From: Caballeronia sordidicola
Lineage (GTDB): Bacteria > Pseudomonadota > Gammaproteobacteria > Burkholderiales > Burkholderiaceae
Assembly (NCBI RefSeq): GCF_000729995.1
Contig: NZ_JNFG01000002.1
Location: 67,428 to 99,427 of the forward strand
Direction of reading: 5' to 3'
Length of the DNA: 32,000 nt
Shown: positions 18,074 through 26,671 of the stretch, one piece after another
Position numbering within the stretch: position 1 is the stretch's first letter
Layout: the number at the start of each line of letters is the position of its first letter
The notes under the pieces: generated by a model
Database searches by the model: none
What the model was told of the DNA's origin: nothing
Seen by the model: only the letters and a program-made list of their open reading frames with translations
Position numbers and translations under genes: made by a program

Positions 18074-19426
18074 TCAGGCGCTTTTGCGCCATAAGCTCTG
18101 GTTCTCGGGACGCGCCAGACCGAGATGCTCGCGCAGCGTCGTGCCTTCGTAGCCGGTGCGAAAGATGCCGCGCCGGCGAAGGATTGGAACGACGCCATCA
18201 ACGAAGTCCTGCAATCCACCCGGCAAGGTATCGGGCATGAGGTTGAAGCCATCGGCGGCCCCGGCCTTGAACCAGCGTTCGATGTCATCGGCTATCTGTT
18301 CGGGCGTACCCACGATGACGCGATGACCCCCGCCTCCGGCAAGCGCCCGGATGAGTTGACGCACGGTATAGCCGTGCTGCCGGGCTTGTGCCAGCGTAGC
18401 GTGAAAGAACGTATGGTTGCCGTTGCCCTGGCCGGGTAAGGTCAAGTTGTCCGGCAGTTGTTCGTCCAGCTTCAGACGATCCGGTGTCACGCCGAGGGTG
18501 CCGGCCAGCCGGGTGACGCTATAGCTCCACGGAATCAGGTCCACCAGTTCATCGCGGCGACGCAAGGCTTCGGCTTCCGTTGCGCCGATGATCGTGGTCA
18601 ATCCCGCCAGCACCTTCACAGCGTCGGGACCACGTCCAAAGGCCGCTGCCCGGGCTTTCAGATCGCGTCCATACGCTAGCGACTCATCGAACGATTGCGA
18701 GGCCGAGAACACTGCTTCGGCATGCCGTGCGGCCAGCTCGCGGCCATCGCCCGAAGCGCCGGCTTGCACCAGCACCGGATGTCCTTGCGGGGAACGTGGC
18801 ACATTCAACGGACCCTGCACCGAGAAATGTGTGCCTCGATGCGAGACGGGATGAACCTTGGACGTATCGACGAATAGTCCGTTCGTTTTATCGCCGATAA
18901 CCGCACCGTCCTCCCAGCTGTCCCAGAGCGCCTTGACGACGCTGGTAAATTCCGCCGCACGTGCGTAGCGCTCGGCGTGATCGGGCACCGCATCGCGCCC
19001 GAAATTGCGCGCCGAGCCCAGGTCCGCCGTGGTCACGACGTTCCAGCCTGCACGGCCGCCGCTGACATGGTCGAGCGTGGCGAAACGGCGCGCGATGTTG
19101 TACGGCTCGTTGTAACTCGTGGAAGCAGTGCCGATCACTCCAATATGCGAAGTCGCTGCCGCGATGCTGGCAAGCAGGATGGTCGGCTCGAGCGCGGTGA
19201 TCGGGCGAAAGTCGATCTGGTCGGCGATCGAGGCGTTATCGGCGAGGAACACGGCGTCGAAGCCGGCCGCTTCCGCAATCTGCGCGACCCGCACGTAGTG
19301 ACGAACGTCGATGAACGCTTGAGGATCGGCATCGGCCAGGCGCCATGCAGAGGGAACGAAACCCGAATGCAGGATATTGACGTTGAGATGAAGTTGTCGG
19401 GGCGGCGTGTTGGGAGGTTGGGTCAT
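18074..19426 (-). CDS. LLM-class FMNH2-dependent monooxygenase, NtaA/SnaA/DszA family (paralogue 2)
   Basis: 450 aa with the same family motifs (FDAVFLADN, HVSGGRAGWNVVTT, PILRRRGIFRTGYEGTTLREHLGLARP). It lies 75 nt upstream of paralogue 1 on the same strand. Confidence 0.85.
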   Translation of the reverse strand: MTQPPNTPPRQLHLNVNILHSGFVPSAWRLADADPQAFIDVRHYVRVAQIAEAAGFDAVFLADNASIADQIDFRPITALEPTILLASIAAATSHIGVIGTASTSYNEPYNIARRFATLDHVSGGRAGWNVVTTADLGSARNFGRDAVPDHAERYARAAEFTSVVKALWDSWEDGAVIGDKTNGLFVDTSKVHPVSHRGTHFSVQGPLNVPRSPQGHPVLVQAGASGDGRELAARHAEAVFSASQSFDESLAYGRDLKARAAAFGRGPDAVKVLAGLTTIIGATEAEALRRRDELVDLIPWSYSVTRLAGTLGVTPDRLKLDEQLPDNLTLPGQGNGNHTFFHATLAQARQHGYTVRQLIRALAGGGGHRVIVGTPEQIADDIERWFKAGAADGFNLMPDTLPGGLQDFVDGVVPILRRRGIFRTGYEGTTLREHLGLARPENQSLWRKSA

Positions 19427-19693
19427 CTTGCTCTAGCGCTTAATAGCTGAAATCAGCTGACATTGGCTGACTTTGAATTCTTGATCGGACAGCCGCGCAA
19501 AGCGACGAATAAATCTGCCGATCGATATACGTCAGAGCACTAAAGAACTAAACCGCATTCGCTTCACGGCGTGAAGAACAAGGCTCAGGAAACCCGGCGT
19601 GCGCATATGGTTAGCACCTATCGTTCGTTGCCGGTGGCTTGGCGTGGCACTTATCCTCATAGGCTCGCACCTGTTCAAATTGTGGAGAAGTGA

Positions 19694-20992
19694 ATGACGA
19701 CGTCAGCACCGGCGGACGCTGCGCTTTACGCGCGTTTCGCGGAGATATTCGAGCATATCGGCGAAGGGACCATAGAACGTGAGCAGGGCCGTGAACTCGC
19801 TCGCGATGCCGTCCAGAGTTTGAAAGACAGCGGCTTTACCGCCTTGCGGGTACCGCGCGAATATGGCGGCAGTGGAGTCTCCTTACCGCAGTATTTCCGT
19901 CTCCTGACGCGTCTGGGCGAAGCCGATTCGAACCTGCCGCAGATCATTCGCGCGCATTCCGGTTTCATCGAGCAACAACTGGAAACCGGCGATGACGCAA
20001 CACGCGAGCGCTGGCTGGGTCGTATTGCGAAAGGTGAGACGATTGGAGCGGCTACCTCGGAGCGCACCGGTTCCACGCACAATAGCGTGACCGTCACGCC
20101 CGACGCGGACACGGGCTTTGTTCTGCTGAACGGCGAGAAGTACTACAGCACGGGCACGCTCTATTCGGAATGGATCAACGTGGCCGCCCACGATGCGCAG
20201 ACCGATCTCCACGTGCTGGTTCGAAGCGATGCACCGGGCGCGGCGCGCACTGACGACTGGGACGGTTTCGGCCAGCGTCTGACCGCTAGCGGTACAACAC
20301 GTTTCGATAACGTGCGCGTGCCTGTCGATCAGATCCTGTCGCGCTACAAGGCGTCGGAGCCGCGCCGTAATTCCTTCCTGACCGCGTTCTACCAGACCGT
20401 GCACCTGGCGACGCTCGCCGGTATTGCACGCGCGGTATTGCGCGATGGCGTGGCGTTCGTTCAGGGCCGTACCCGCACGTTTGGCGTGGCGGGGCAGTCG
20501 AGTCCGCGTGACAACCCGCTGGTGCATCGCGTAGTGGGGCGCCTCGCGAGTCTCGCGTACTCGGCTGAGGCGCTGGTCGAGTCGGTAGCCGCAGCGCTCG
20601 ACCGGGTGCATCAGGCGCGCAACGCGGGCGAGGCGACGACAGCGGACTACATTGACGTCGATATCCAGGCTTACCAGGCGCAGCAGATCGTGCTCGAGCA
20701 GGTGCTCGAGGCGGCCACGCTGCTATTCGAAGTAGGCGGCGCGTCGGCGACGAGCGAAGCACGCCGGCTTGATCGCCACTGGCGCAATGCACGCGTCATT
20801 GCTTCGCACAATCCGGCGATCCAGCGTGAGGCTGCGGTCGGCAATTATCATCTGAATGGGACGGGGCCCGAGGAACGGTTCAGTCTTTCTCATTCCGCTG
20901 CGGATACGGCTGCGACCGCCTTCAAACAAGGCGCGGTGCAGGGAGGGGAGGCGGTCATTCAGGACGATGCATTTGCCAGGACTGGCAGGTAA
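19694..20992 (+). CDS. Acyl-CoA dehydrogenase-fold oxidoreductase, SfnB/DszC-like sulfur-acquisition family
   Basis: 432 aa. The N-terminal region DAVQSLKDSGFTALRVPREYGGSG and the overall length and pattern resemble SfnB-family flavoproteins. It is divergent from the two DszA-like genes. Confidence 0.75.
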   Translation: MTTSAPADAALYARFAEIFEHIGEGTIEREQGRELARDAVQSLKDSGFTALRVPREYGGSGVSLPQYFRLLTRLGEADSNLPQIIRAHSGFIEQQLETGDDATRERWLGRIAKGETIGAATSERTGSTHNSVTVTPDADTGFVLLNGEKYYSTGTLYSEWINVAAHDAQTDLHVLVRSDAPGAARTDDWDGFGQRLTASGTTRFDNVRVPVDQILSRYKASEPRRNSFLTAFYQTVHLATLAGIARAVLRDGVAFVQGRTRTFGVAGQSSPRDNPLVHRVVGRLASLAYSAEALVESVAAALDRVHQARNAGEATTADYIDVDIQAYQAQQIVLEQVLEAATLLFEVGGASATSEARRLDRHWRNARVIASHNPAIQREAAVGNYHLNGTGPEERFSLSHSAADTAATAFKQGAVQGGEAVIQDDAFARTGR

Positions 20993-21066
20993 AGCGCAGG
21001 TCGGGGTCTAAGGGCCTCGATCGTCGCTGTCGCGCTACCGTGTGTTGGCACGCAAAAAGTTACTGC

Positions 21067-21094
21067 GGGGCGTGGCCAGTGATGGCCACGCCCC
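21067..21094 (-). terminator. Probable intrinsic terminator of the cold-shock gene
   Basis: Perfect 11-bp GC-rich stem GGGGCGTGGCC / GGCCACGCCCC with a 6-nt loop. On the minus strand it is followed by GCAGTAACTTTTTG, so the T-run is displaced by 7 nt. It lies 54 nt downstream of the csp stop. Confidence 0.5.
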
Positions 21095-21147
21095 GGCGTC
21101 ATCCGTATGACGGATAAAAACCAGCCGCCGTGACGGCCGGATCAAAC

Positions 21148-21351
21148 TCAGGCCGGCACGATGTTCGATGCCTGCTTGCCCTTCGGCCCCTGTTTTACCT
21201 CAAACGTTACCTTCTGATTTTCCTGAAGGCTTTTGAAGCCTTCTGCCTTGATTTCCGAAAAGTGAGCGAACAGATCTTCGCCGCCGTCATCGGGTGTGAT
21301 GAAGCCGAAGCCTTTTGCATCGTTGAACCATTTGACCGTACCGGTTGCCAT
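21148..21351 (-). CDS. Cold-shock protein, CspA family
   Basis: The ATG at 21351 gives [59 protein letters not shown]1 (KGFGFI) and RNP2-like (DLFAHF) motifs are present. Confidence 0.95.
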   Translation of the reverse strand: MATGTVKWFNDAKGFGFITPDDGGEDLFAHFSEIKAEGFKSLQENQKVTFEVKQGPKGKQASNIVPA

Positions 21352-21509
21352 GAGCGTATCCAAAATTTAGAGCTAACGAGTGAGAATAAAACCAGAGCGC
21401 CGAGCCGCGTCGCATTGCATTGTTGTGACAAGACTTCTCTAAGTCCATGAGCGCGTCCGTAACAAACAGTCGCTGCGGCGATATGCGCTTTTGGAATTAT
21501 GGCGAATCA

Positions 21510-21537
21510 ATTGTACGCCGCGCCAATAATTATTGAA
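21510..21537 (-). promoter_or_regulatory. Candidate sigma70 promoter for csp, implying a ~150-nt 5' UTR
   Basis: The minus strand reads TTCAAT - 16 nt - TACAAT. This places the transcription start about 150 nt upstream of the csp ATG, similar to the long leaders of CspA-type mRNAs. Found by pattern match only. Confidence 0.3.
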
Positions 21538-22262
21538 GCTTTCCAAACCGGAAAAGCTGCATTGCTTGCGGATTACGAAATTCAGTCACTTATGGGCGCG
21601 CGAAGCGCCCAAATAATGGGCCATGAAAGGCTTCGTGGCGCCTATCCAGTGTTGTCTGGACAAAGGGATTTCCCTGATTGGCCGAACGAGCGGTCGCTGA
21701 ATAGGGGCGGAAATGCGCTGGGCGATCGCTTTATGAACGTCCTATAGCGTGTTGATAATGGAGTGTCGCTGGTTTGGAAGTAATTTTATCCGCCAGGATT
21801 TCGCTTCCGGCGCCATGCCTGGCCGACTTTACCGGATCAATTCTAAATTAACTGGGATTGGCGCTTTTACTGCAACGAGAATCGCTATTGCACGGCTTTT
21901 CCAAGCGGCTTGCGGGATCGTGAGGCCTCTTGTGGCCAGACTAACGCGTTGCCACGGCAGATCGCGTCAGTGAAGGCGGCAATGCTCGTGCGCAGCAGGT
22001 ATTGCGGTTCATGAATGCCATGGGAAAGGGGTTGTCGCGGCTCGTACGAGCGAAAAGTTGGATGCGGAGCGCTCCACTGGCAGAATGCGCTGCGCGGGTA
22101 CTAGAACAAGACGATATCGTCTAAAACCTGCGGACAATTCCCCCACTCATGTGTTGCGGATCGCGTAAGCGCTGCGAGCAGCGTAGTGGTGTTGTGATGT
22201 GAGTCAGCGCACGGATACCTCTGCCGCCAACCGGCGAGAACTTTAAAATTGAAAGAAGAAAC

Positions 22263-22652
22263 ATGAAAAGAATGCTTATGACCGGCGCAGTTTTGTTTTT
22301 CTCGTCGACCTTGGCAATAGCCTCTGACTGGGTCCAGGTCTTTGCGAACCCGGCGGAGGCCATAAGCGTTGATTCAGACTCCATTACTCGGAGCGGTGAC
22401 AGTGTCAACGCGTGGACTCAGACGGTCCTGGCGGTAGAGACGGACGTGCAGCTCGGACGTCCCGCGAAGGCGGTCAAGACGCAATACATCGCGGACTGTA
22501 AGGGTAGAACACTGCTCGTGAATGCGCTGATTTTTTACGATGCGCAAGGCAATATCCTTGCTTCTCTGCCACCGGAGCAAGACGCGCCGGCGGTTGTCGT
22601 CCCGGGTACGGGCGGAGAGTTCATTCTGCGTGCAGTGTGCAATAAGGGTTGA
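22263..22652 (+). CDS. Small secreted protein, Adhesin_E (surface-adhesin protein E)-like
   Basis: 129 aa. Has a signal peptide MKRMLMTGAVLFFSSTLAIASD. The mature part starts DWVQV.....A.SVDSDSI.R.GD.V.AW and later has Y.ADCKGRT......IFYDAQGN, as in the Protein E-like family. The family call is from memory. Confidence 0.5.
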   Translation: MKRMLMTGAVLFFSSTLAIASDWVQVFANPAEAISVDSDSITRSGDSVNAWTQTVLAVETDVQLGRPAKAVKTQYIADCKGRTLLVNALIFYDAQGNILASLPPEQDAPAVVVPGTGGEFILRAVCNKG

Positions 22653-23141
22653 GGATAGATGTGTGGTTGGCCGGTCGCTTTTCCCTTACCCACAACCAAA
22701 ATTGCGCCTGAGATGCTGGTGCACATCCCGTCATACTCGCAGCACTCAAGACTAAACACCCGGCAAGCTGTTTTGTTTTCATGCTGACTTTCTTTATCGA
22801 TTTTGGTCTGCTTGTCAGTGGTTACGAAGCGAATTATGCGAGCCCAAAGTGCTTGAAAATTGGGTCCTTGCGGGTCGCGGCCATCTTACGAATCCCAATA
22901 CCCCGGACATCGCCGATCTATACGCTTCGATACGAAACACTTTCGTGGCTGATACCTGTTAAACAAGTCGTGAACGCATTGAGATGATGGGTTTCACGGA
23001 GTGGATCTGTCCGTAAGCCGTTTCTTATCGCGCGAAGTGGGTGCGGATGCAGGCTTGCCGCGCCGCGTCAGTAAGCGCACCATCGGCAGCACCGGCAGAC
23101 GAAAGCGAGCCGCTTCGGACCGCACGATCAGGTAGGTTGTC

Positions 23142-23981
23142 ATGAAGGAAAATGCCAATATCGCGAAAGCCAGAAGGTCCTACGCCAGGCTCATGGCTGC
23201 CGCAAGCAAGTCCGACGATCCAAGGCTTGAGCGTGTTTTCGAGCTCGTGCCTCGCGAGGCGTTCCTGCCGCCTGGTCCGTGGAAGATCATGGTGGACAAC
23301 GAGTACTTCGAAACCCCAAGCGCGGACCCTGTCCATCTCTACCAGAACGCCCTGGTTGCGCTCGATGCAACCAAGGGAATCAACAATGGCGAGCCGTTCC
23401 TTCACGCAGCATGGCTCGGCGCCGCCGCGCCGCAACGCGGCGACGTGGTTTGCCATATTGGCGCCGGTTCGGGTTATTACACGGCTATTCTTTCCGTGCT
23501 AGCTCTACCTGGCGGTCGCGTGGAGGCGTTCGAAATCGAACCGGGATTGTTCGAGGCGGCGCGCAAGAACTTGCAAGCGTTCGAGGGCATAACCCTGACG
23601 CTAGGCGACGCAACCAAGCTGCCTTTGCCCGCGTCGGATCTGATTTATGTGAACGCAGGGGTCCTGGCCCCGCCGCGTTCGTGGCTTCAGGCGTTGCGTC
23701 CGGGCGGGCGCCTGATTTTTCCGTGGCGCCCGTCTGATGATGTCGGACTAACCCTGCTGATCACGCGAACGGACACGGGTTTTGAAGCGAAACCACTCAT
23801 GCGCTCGTGGTTTATTCCTTGCGTTGGCGGAGCATCGACTGCGGATGGATTCGTGAATCCGCCGGATCTCGCCACGGCATGGTCCGTCAGGTCGGCGTGG
23901 CTGAGCTCAGAGCGTGCACCGGACAAGACAGCGGTGGTCGCTTACGAGCACGTCTGGTTTTCTTCATCGGCTTTGCGGTGA
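23142..23981 (+). CDS. Divergent protein-L-isoaspartate O-methyltransferase (PIMT)-family SAM methyltransferase with C-terminal extension
   Basis: 279 aa. Contains LVPREAFLP (the PIMT N-terminal motif), SAM motif I VCHIGAGSGYYTAIL, LRPGGRLIFPW, and FIPCVG (equivalent to FVPLV at the end of canonical Pcm). About 55 extra residues follow. The canonical TISQP substrate motif is replaced by INNGEP. Confidence 0.7.
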   Translation: MKENANIAKARRSYARLMAAASKSDDPRLERVFELVPREAFLPPGPWKIMVDNEYFETPSADPVHLYQNALVALDATKGINNGEPFLHAAWLGAAAPQRGDVVCHIGAGSGYYTAILSVLALPGGRVEAFEIEPGLFEAARKNLQAFEGITLTLGDATKLPLPASDLIYVNAGVLAPPRSWLQALRPGGRLIFPWRPSDDVGLTLLITRTDTGFEAKPLMRSWFIPCVGGASTADGFVNPPDLATAWSVRSAWLSSERAPDKTAVVAYEHVWFSSSALR

Positions 23982-24014
23982 TGAGCTTACCTGGTGGCAC
24001 GCATCAATGCGATG

Positions 24015-25433
24015 TCAACGCGATGTATAAGCAAGCAGGCTGCCGTCCTGAAGCACCCGCTCGAGATGCCGCGCGATGTCGGGTGCGCCGGTCATTTCGC
24101 CGAAGCTTCCGCGTGTCATCGGACCGAAGGCCAGCAAGCCCGGCGACACCTCGCCGTCCGCATTCCTGAGCTGGCTCCGCAGGTCGGTATCGAGTCCGAT
24201 CCGCACCGCATCCAGCCGCGCGAGTCCTGCCTCCAGCAGTGACTTCACGAGCGGATTCCGGTCTATATCGCGGGCCGGTCCGGTACAGAAAACCACCGCA
24301 TCGAAAGCCTGCGTTTCGTGCGCGCCGCCCGGACGCCGCAGGCTGGCGCTCAAGCGCCCCGCCATGGGGCTGATCCCCACAATACCCGCCGTGGCAACGC
24401 TCATCTGACCGCTCTCGATGGCCCGCTCGATAGCCGCATGAATTTGCGGCGCGATGCGAAAGCGATGCACGTCCCAGAACGGCAGCAGCCTCTTCACCAC
24501 ACGGTTTTGTTCGCGGGCTGGCAACGCGTTCCAGATCCGGGGAAGATCGAAACGCAGGGCGTCGGCGGCGGGTTGCCAGCCGATGCGCGCCCCGTCGCGC
24601 GCGATCCTCTGCCTGAGCTTGCGCACGAGTTCACGGGCGCTGGCGGATGGGCCGGCGTTATCGAGGAAATCGGCGGCATCGGAGAAAACGCCGTGTGGCT
24701 GGGCGCGCAAACCTCGTCGAGAAATCGCCGTGATGCGGCCGGTATGCGCGCGCTCAATCAGCGTTACCGCGACGTCCGCCATCGTCAGGCCGGTGCCGAC
24801 CAGCAGCACCGACGCGTCCGGCGGGATTGCCTGCAACGCGTCCGTTGCCCACGGATGCGTGATCAGTCGCGGATCATGCAAAGCCTGTTCGTCGATGACC
24901 CCGGGCGGTTTCGAAGGCGTATGGCCGAAACATAGCGCAACGCGATGTGCATCGAGATATGAACCGTCGTCCAGCGTGACCACAAAACCTGATTCGATCT
25001 TGCGCACACCGGTGGCGCTTGCTCGCCGATGCTGCACACGCACCTGCGAGGCCGCGTCAGCGACGACATCGTCAAGGGTCGCCGCGACATACTCGCCGTA
25101 TCGCGCGCGCGACACGTAGTAGCTGCCCTGGCCATCGCTGCTGCCGGCATCGATTGCGTCGTGCGCCTTGAGCCAGCGCGTGGCATGCGCGGAGTCGCCG
25201 GCGAACAGGCTCATCCGGTCGCTCGGTACGTTGATCCGATGCAGCGGGTCCGACGTTCCATAGGCGATACCCCGGCCGAGTTCCGCCGACGGCTCCACAA
25301 TGGTGAAGTCGAGATCGACACCAGCCGGGCAGGCACGAATGGCATGAATAACGAATGCGACGCCAGTGAAGCCGCCACCGATCACGACGATGTTCAACGG
25401 GGTATGTTCGGAAGTATTCAAGAGAGTGCTCAT
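24015..25433 (-). CDS. FAD/NAD(P)-binding protein (YdhS / COG4529-like)
   Basis: I prefer the ATG at 25433 (MSTLLNTSEHTPLNIVVIGGGFTGVAF, a GxGxxG dinucleotide-binding motif at the N-terminus). A second Rossmann-like segment VLLVGTGLTMADV is present. It is convergent with the methyltransferase across a 33-nt gap. Confidence 0.65.
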   Translation of the reverse strand: MSTLLNTSEHTPLNIVVIGGGFTGVAFVIHAIRACPAGVDLDFTIVEPSAELGRGIAYGTSDPLHRINVPSDRMSLFAGDSAHATRWLKAHDAIDAGSSDGQGSYYVSRARYGEYVAATLDDVVADAASQVRVQHRRASATGVRKIESGFVVTLDDGSYLDAHRVALCFGHTPSKPPGVIDEQALHDPRLITHPWATDALQAIPPDASVLLVGTGLTMADVAVTLIERAHTGRITAISRRGLRAQPHGVFSDAADFLDNAGPSASARELVRKLRQRIARDGARIGWQPAADALRFDLPRIWNALPAREQNRVVKRLLPFWDVHRFRIAPQIHAAIERAIESGQMSVATAGIVGISPMAGRLSASLRRPGGAHETQAFDAVVFCTGPARDIDRNPLVKSLLEAGLARLDAVRIGLDTDLRSQLRNADGEVSPGLLAFGPMTRGSFGEMTGAPDIARHLERVLQDGSLLAYTSR

Positions 25434-25660
25434 GATGCTGGAGCGTCGAGGATACCTCAGCCAATACGCCGGGTGAATGTCGCGCAAAGCATGAAATTCG
25501 CTAAGCTTGTGAGAATTGGTGGGATTGAACCGAGGGCACGTTAGTGACGCGGGTGCGATGACGTCGTCATGCCTACACGAAAACTGGTTGCAAGAAGCGT
25601 GGTTGTTTATATCGGAATGCTAACTAATGGTGAGAAAAAATTCAACCACATTTGGCAACG

Positions 25661-26320
25661 CTATCCGTGCTGGAATTCCAGGGCGGCTTGTACGATCGGC
25701 CGCGCCCATTGCGGCGTGGCGCTTAACGCGGCCGCATCATCCTGATCGGGAAACATCACCTGAGCGCTAGCCATCTCAAGCAACAGCACGGGATCGGGAA
25801 TGTCCTGCCCCGGAGCGGCGTCGACGCTATTGTCGAAGACCTGCAGACGACTGAGAGAGGGCAACAGCTTGATCAGGTTTGCGCGGGAGGTGACCCAGCG
25901 CTCGCGAATCTTGTTCTCAGGGATTGCGTGACCTTTGTTGGCGACGCGCAACCGCACGCGCTCTAAATGTTGTTCAATCGACGAAAGTCCGCAGAACAGT
26001 ATGACGACATCATGAGTAAGCGTTGCGCTGGCCAGCATGCCAGGAATAGTTCTGCCACCCAAGGTAGTTTCGAACGCGTAGTTTTTGCCGTCGGCGATGG
26101 CCGCTTCAAGCTGGGCACGGCCAGTTTCCCATGCACGGCTGTTTGCTTCGGCGGGAGTCATGTTGAATTGAGCGGTCAGCTCGCGCGCAAGGCTATCGGG
26201 GTTGAACCAGGTGAGGCCATGGTCGGCCAGCATGGCGCCGCCGACTGAGCTTTTGCCGGCGCCATTGACGCCGGCAAGGACGAAGATGAAAGGTCGCGCT
26301 GCTGTACTGCTTGCGGGCAT
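25661..26320 (-). CDS. Zeta-toxin-like P-loop kinase / AAA ATPase (COG4185-like), putative toxin
   Basis: The ATG at 26320 overlaps the upstream stop (TGATG). Contains Walker A FVLAGVNGAGKSSVGG, FNPDSLAREL (Asp in the position of the zeta catalytic Asp), and FETTLGG. Size is ~219 aa. Confidence 0.7.
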   Translation of the reverse strand: MPASSTAARPFIFVLAGVNGAGKSSVGGAMLADHGLTWFNPDSLARELTAQFNMTPAEANSRAWETGRAQLEAAIADGKNYAFETTLGGRTIPGMLASATLTHDVVILFCGLSSIEQHLERVRLRVANKGHAIPENKIRERWVTSRANLIKLLPSLSRLQVFDNSVDAAPGQDIPDPVLLLEMASAQVMFPDQDDAAALSATPQWARPIVQAALEFQHG

Positions 26321-26667
26321 CAATAAGACGCACCGGCCTTGGGCCGTTTCTTCAATACACCCTTCGCGTCGAGCAGCGCATCGAGTTTCCGGGAGGCGTC
26401 GGGTTGCTGCAGCACCGCGAGGCGCGCATTAAATCGGTGTGTCAGTTCATCCAGCGCGGTTTGCTCGCGCGCCTTCATCGCCTGAATCTCTTCAGTGAGC
26501 TGCTGGTAAGTTTTTGCGTCGACCAACACCATTTCGACCGCCGAGTGATTCGTGACGGCCACACTGCCTGACTGACGTACCAGGCGCACCATATCCGCCC
26601 ACTTGTTTTTAACCTGGGAGGCGTTCTGGCGCGGCAGTTCCTGAATGTTCGGCAGTTCGGTAAGCAT
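26320..26667 (-). CDS. Phd/YefM-type antitoxin
   Basis: 115 aa. The N-terminal half (..ASQVKNKWADMVRLVRQSGSVAVTNHSAVEMVLVDAKTYQQLTEEIQ) fits the Phd/YefM fold pattern. The C-terminal half is helical and charged. It is translationally coupled to the downstream P-loop gene. Confidence 0.65.
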   Translation of the reverse strand: MLTELPNIQELPRQNASQVKNKWADMVRLVRQSGSVAVTNHSAVEMVLVDAKTYQQLTEEIQAMKAREQTALDELTHRFNARLAVLQQPDASRKLDALLDAKGVLKKRPKAGASY

Positions 26668-26671
26668 GATG

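Noticed and set aside
19645-19660. A perfect sigma54 -24 element, TGGCAC, upstream of the SfnB-like gene. Pseudomonas sfn genes are sigma54/SfnR-dependent.
   Set aside because: The required GC of the -12 element is absent at the GG-N10-GC spacing (the sequence reads TGGCACTTATCCTCA). Nearby TGG-containing strings also fail the spacing test.
21499-21973. Two abutting plus-strand ORFs of 82 and 74 aa that could be called hypothetical genes.
   Set aside because: They show no motif, no clear SD and low GC3. The first would start inside the predicted csp promoter and leader region. They are reported as an observation rather than as features.
25521-25531. GGGATTGAACC on the plus strand. This is the reverse complement of a tRNA T-arm-like GGTTCAATCCC. 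It could have marked a tRNA gene or an att-site remnant at the edge of the TA island.
   Set aside because: I folded the surrounding minus-strand sequence by hand. The putative T-stem pairs at only 2 of 5 positions, and no acceptor, D or anticodon arms can be formed. It is probably a chance match.
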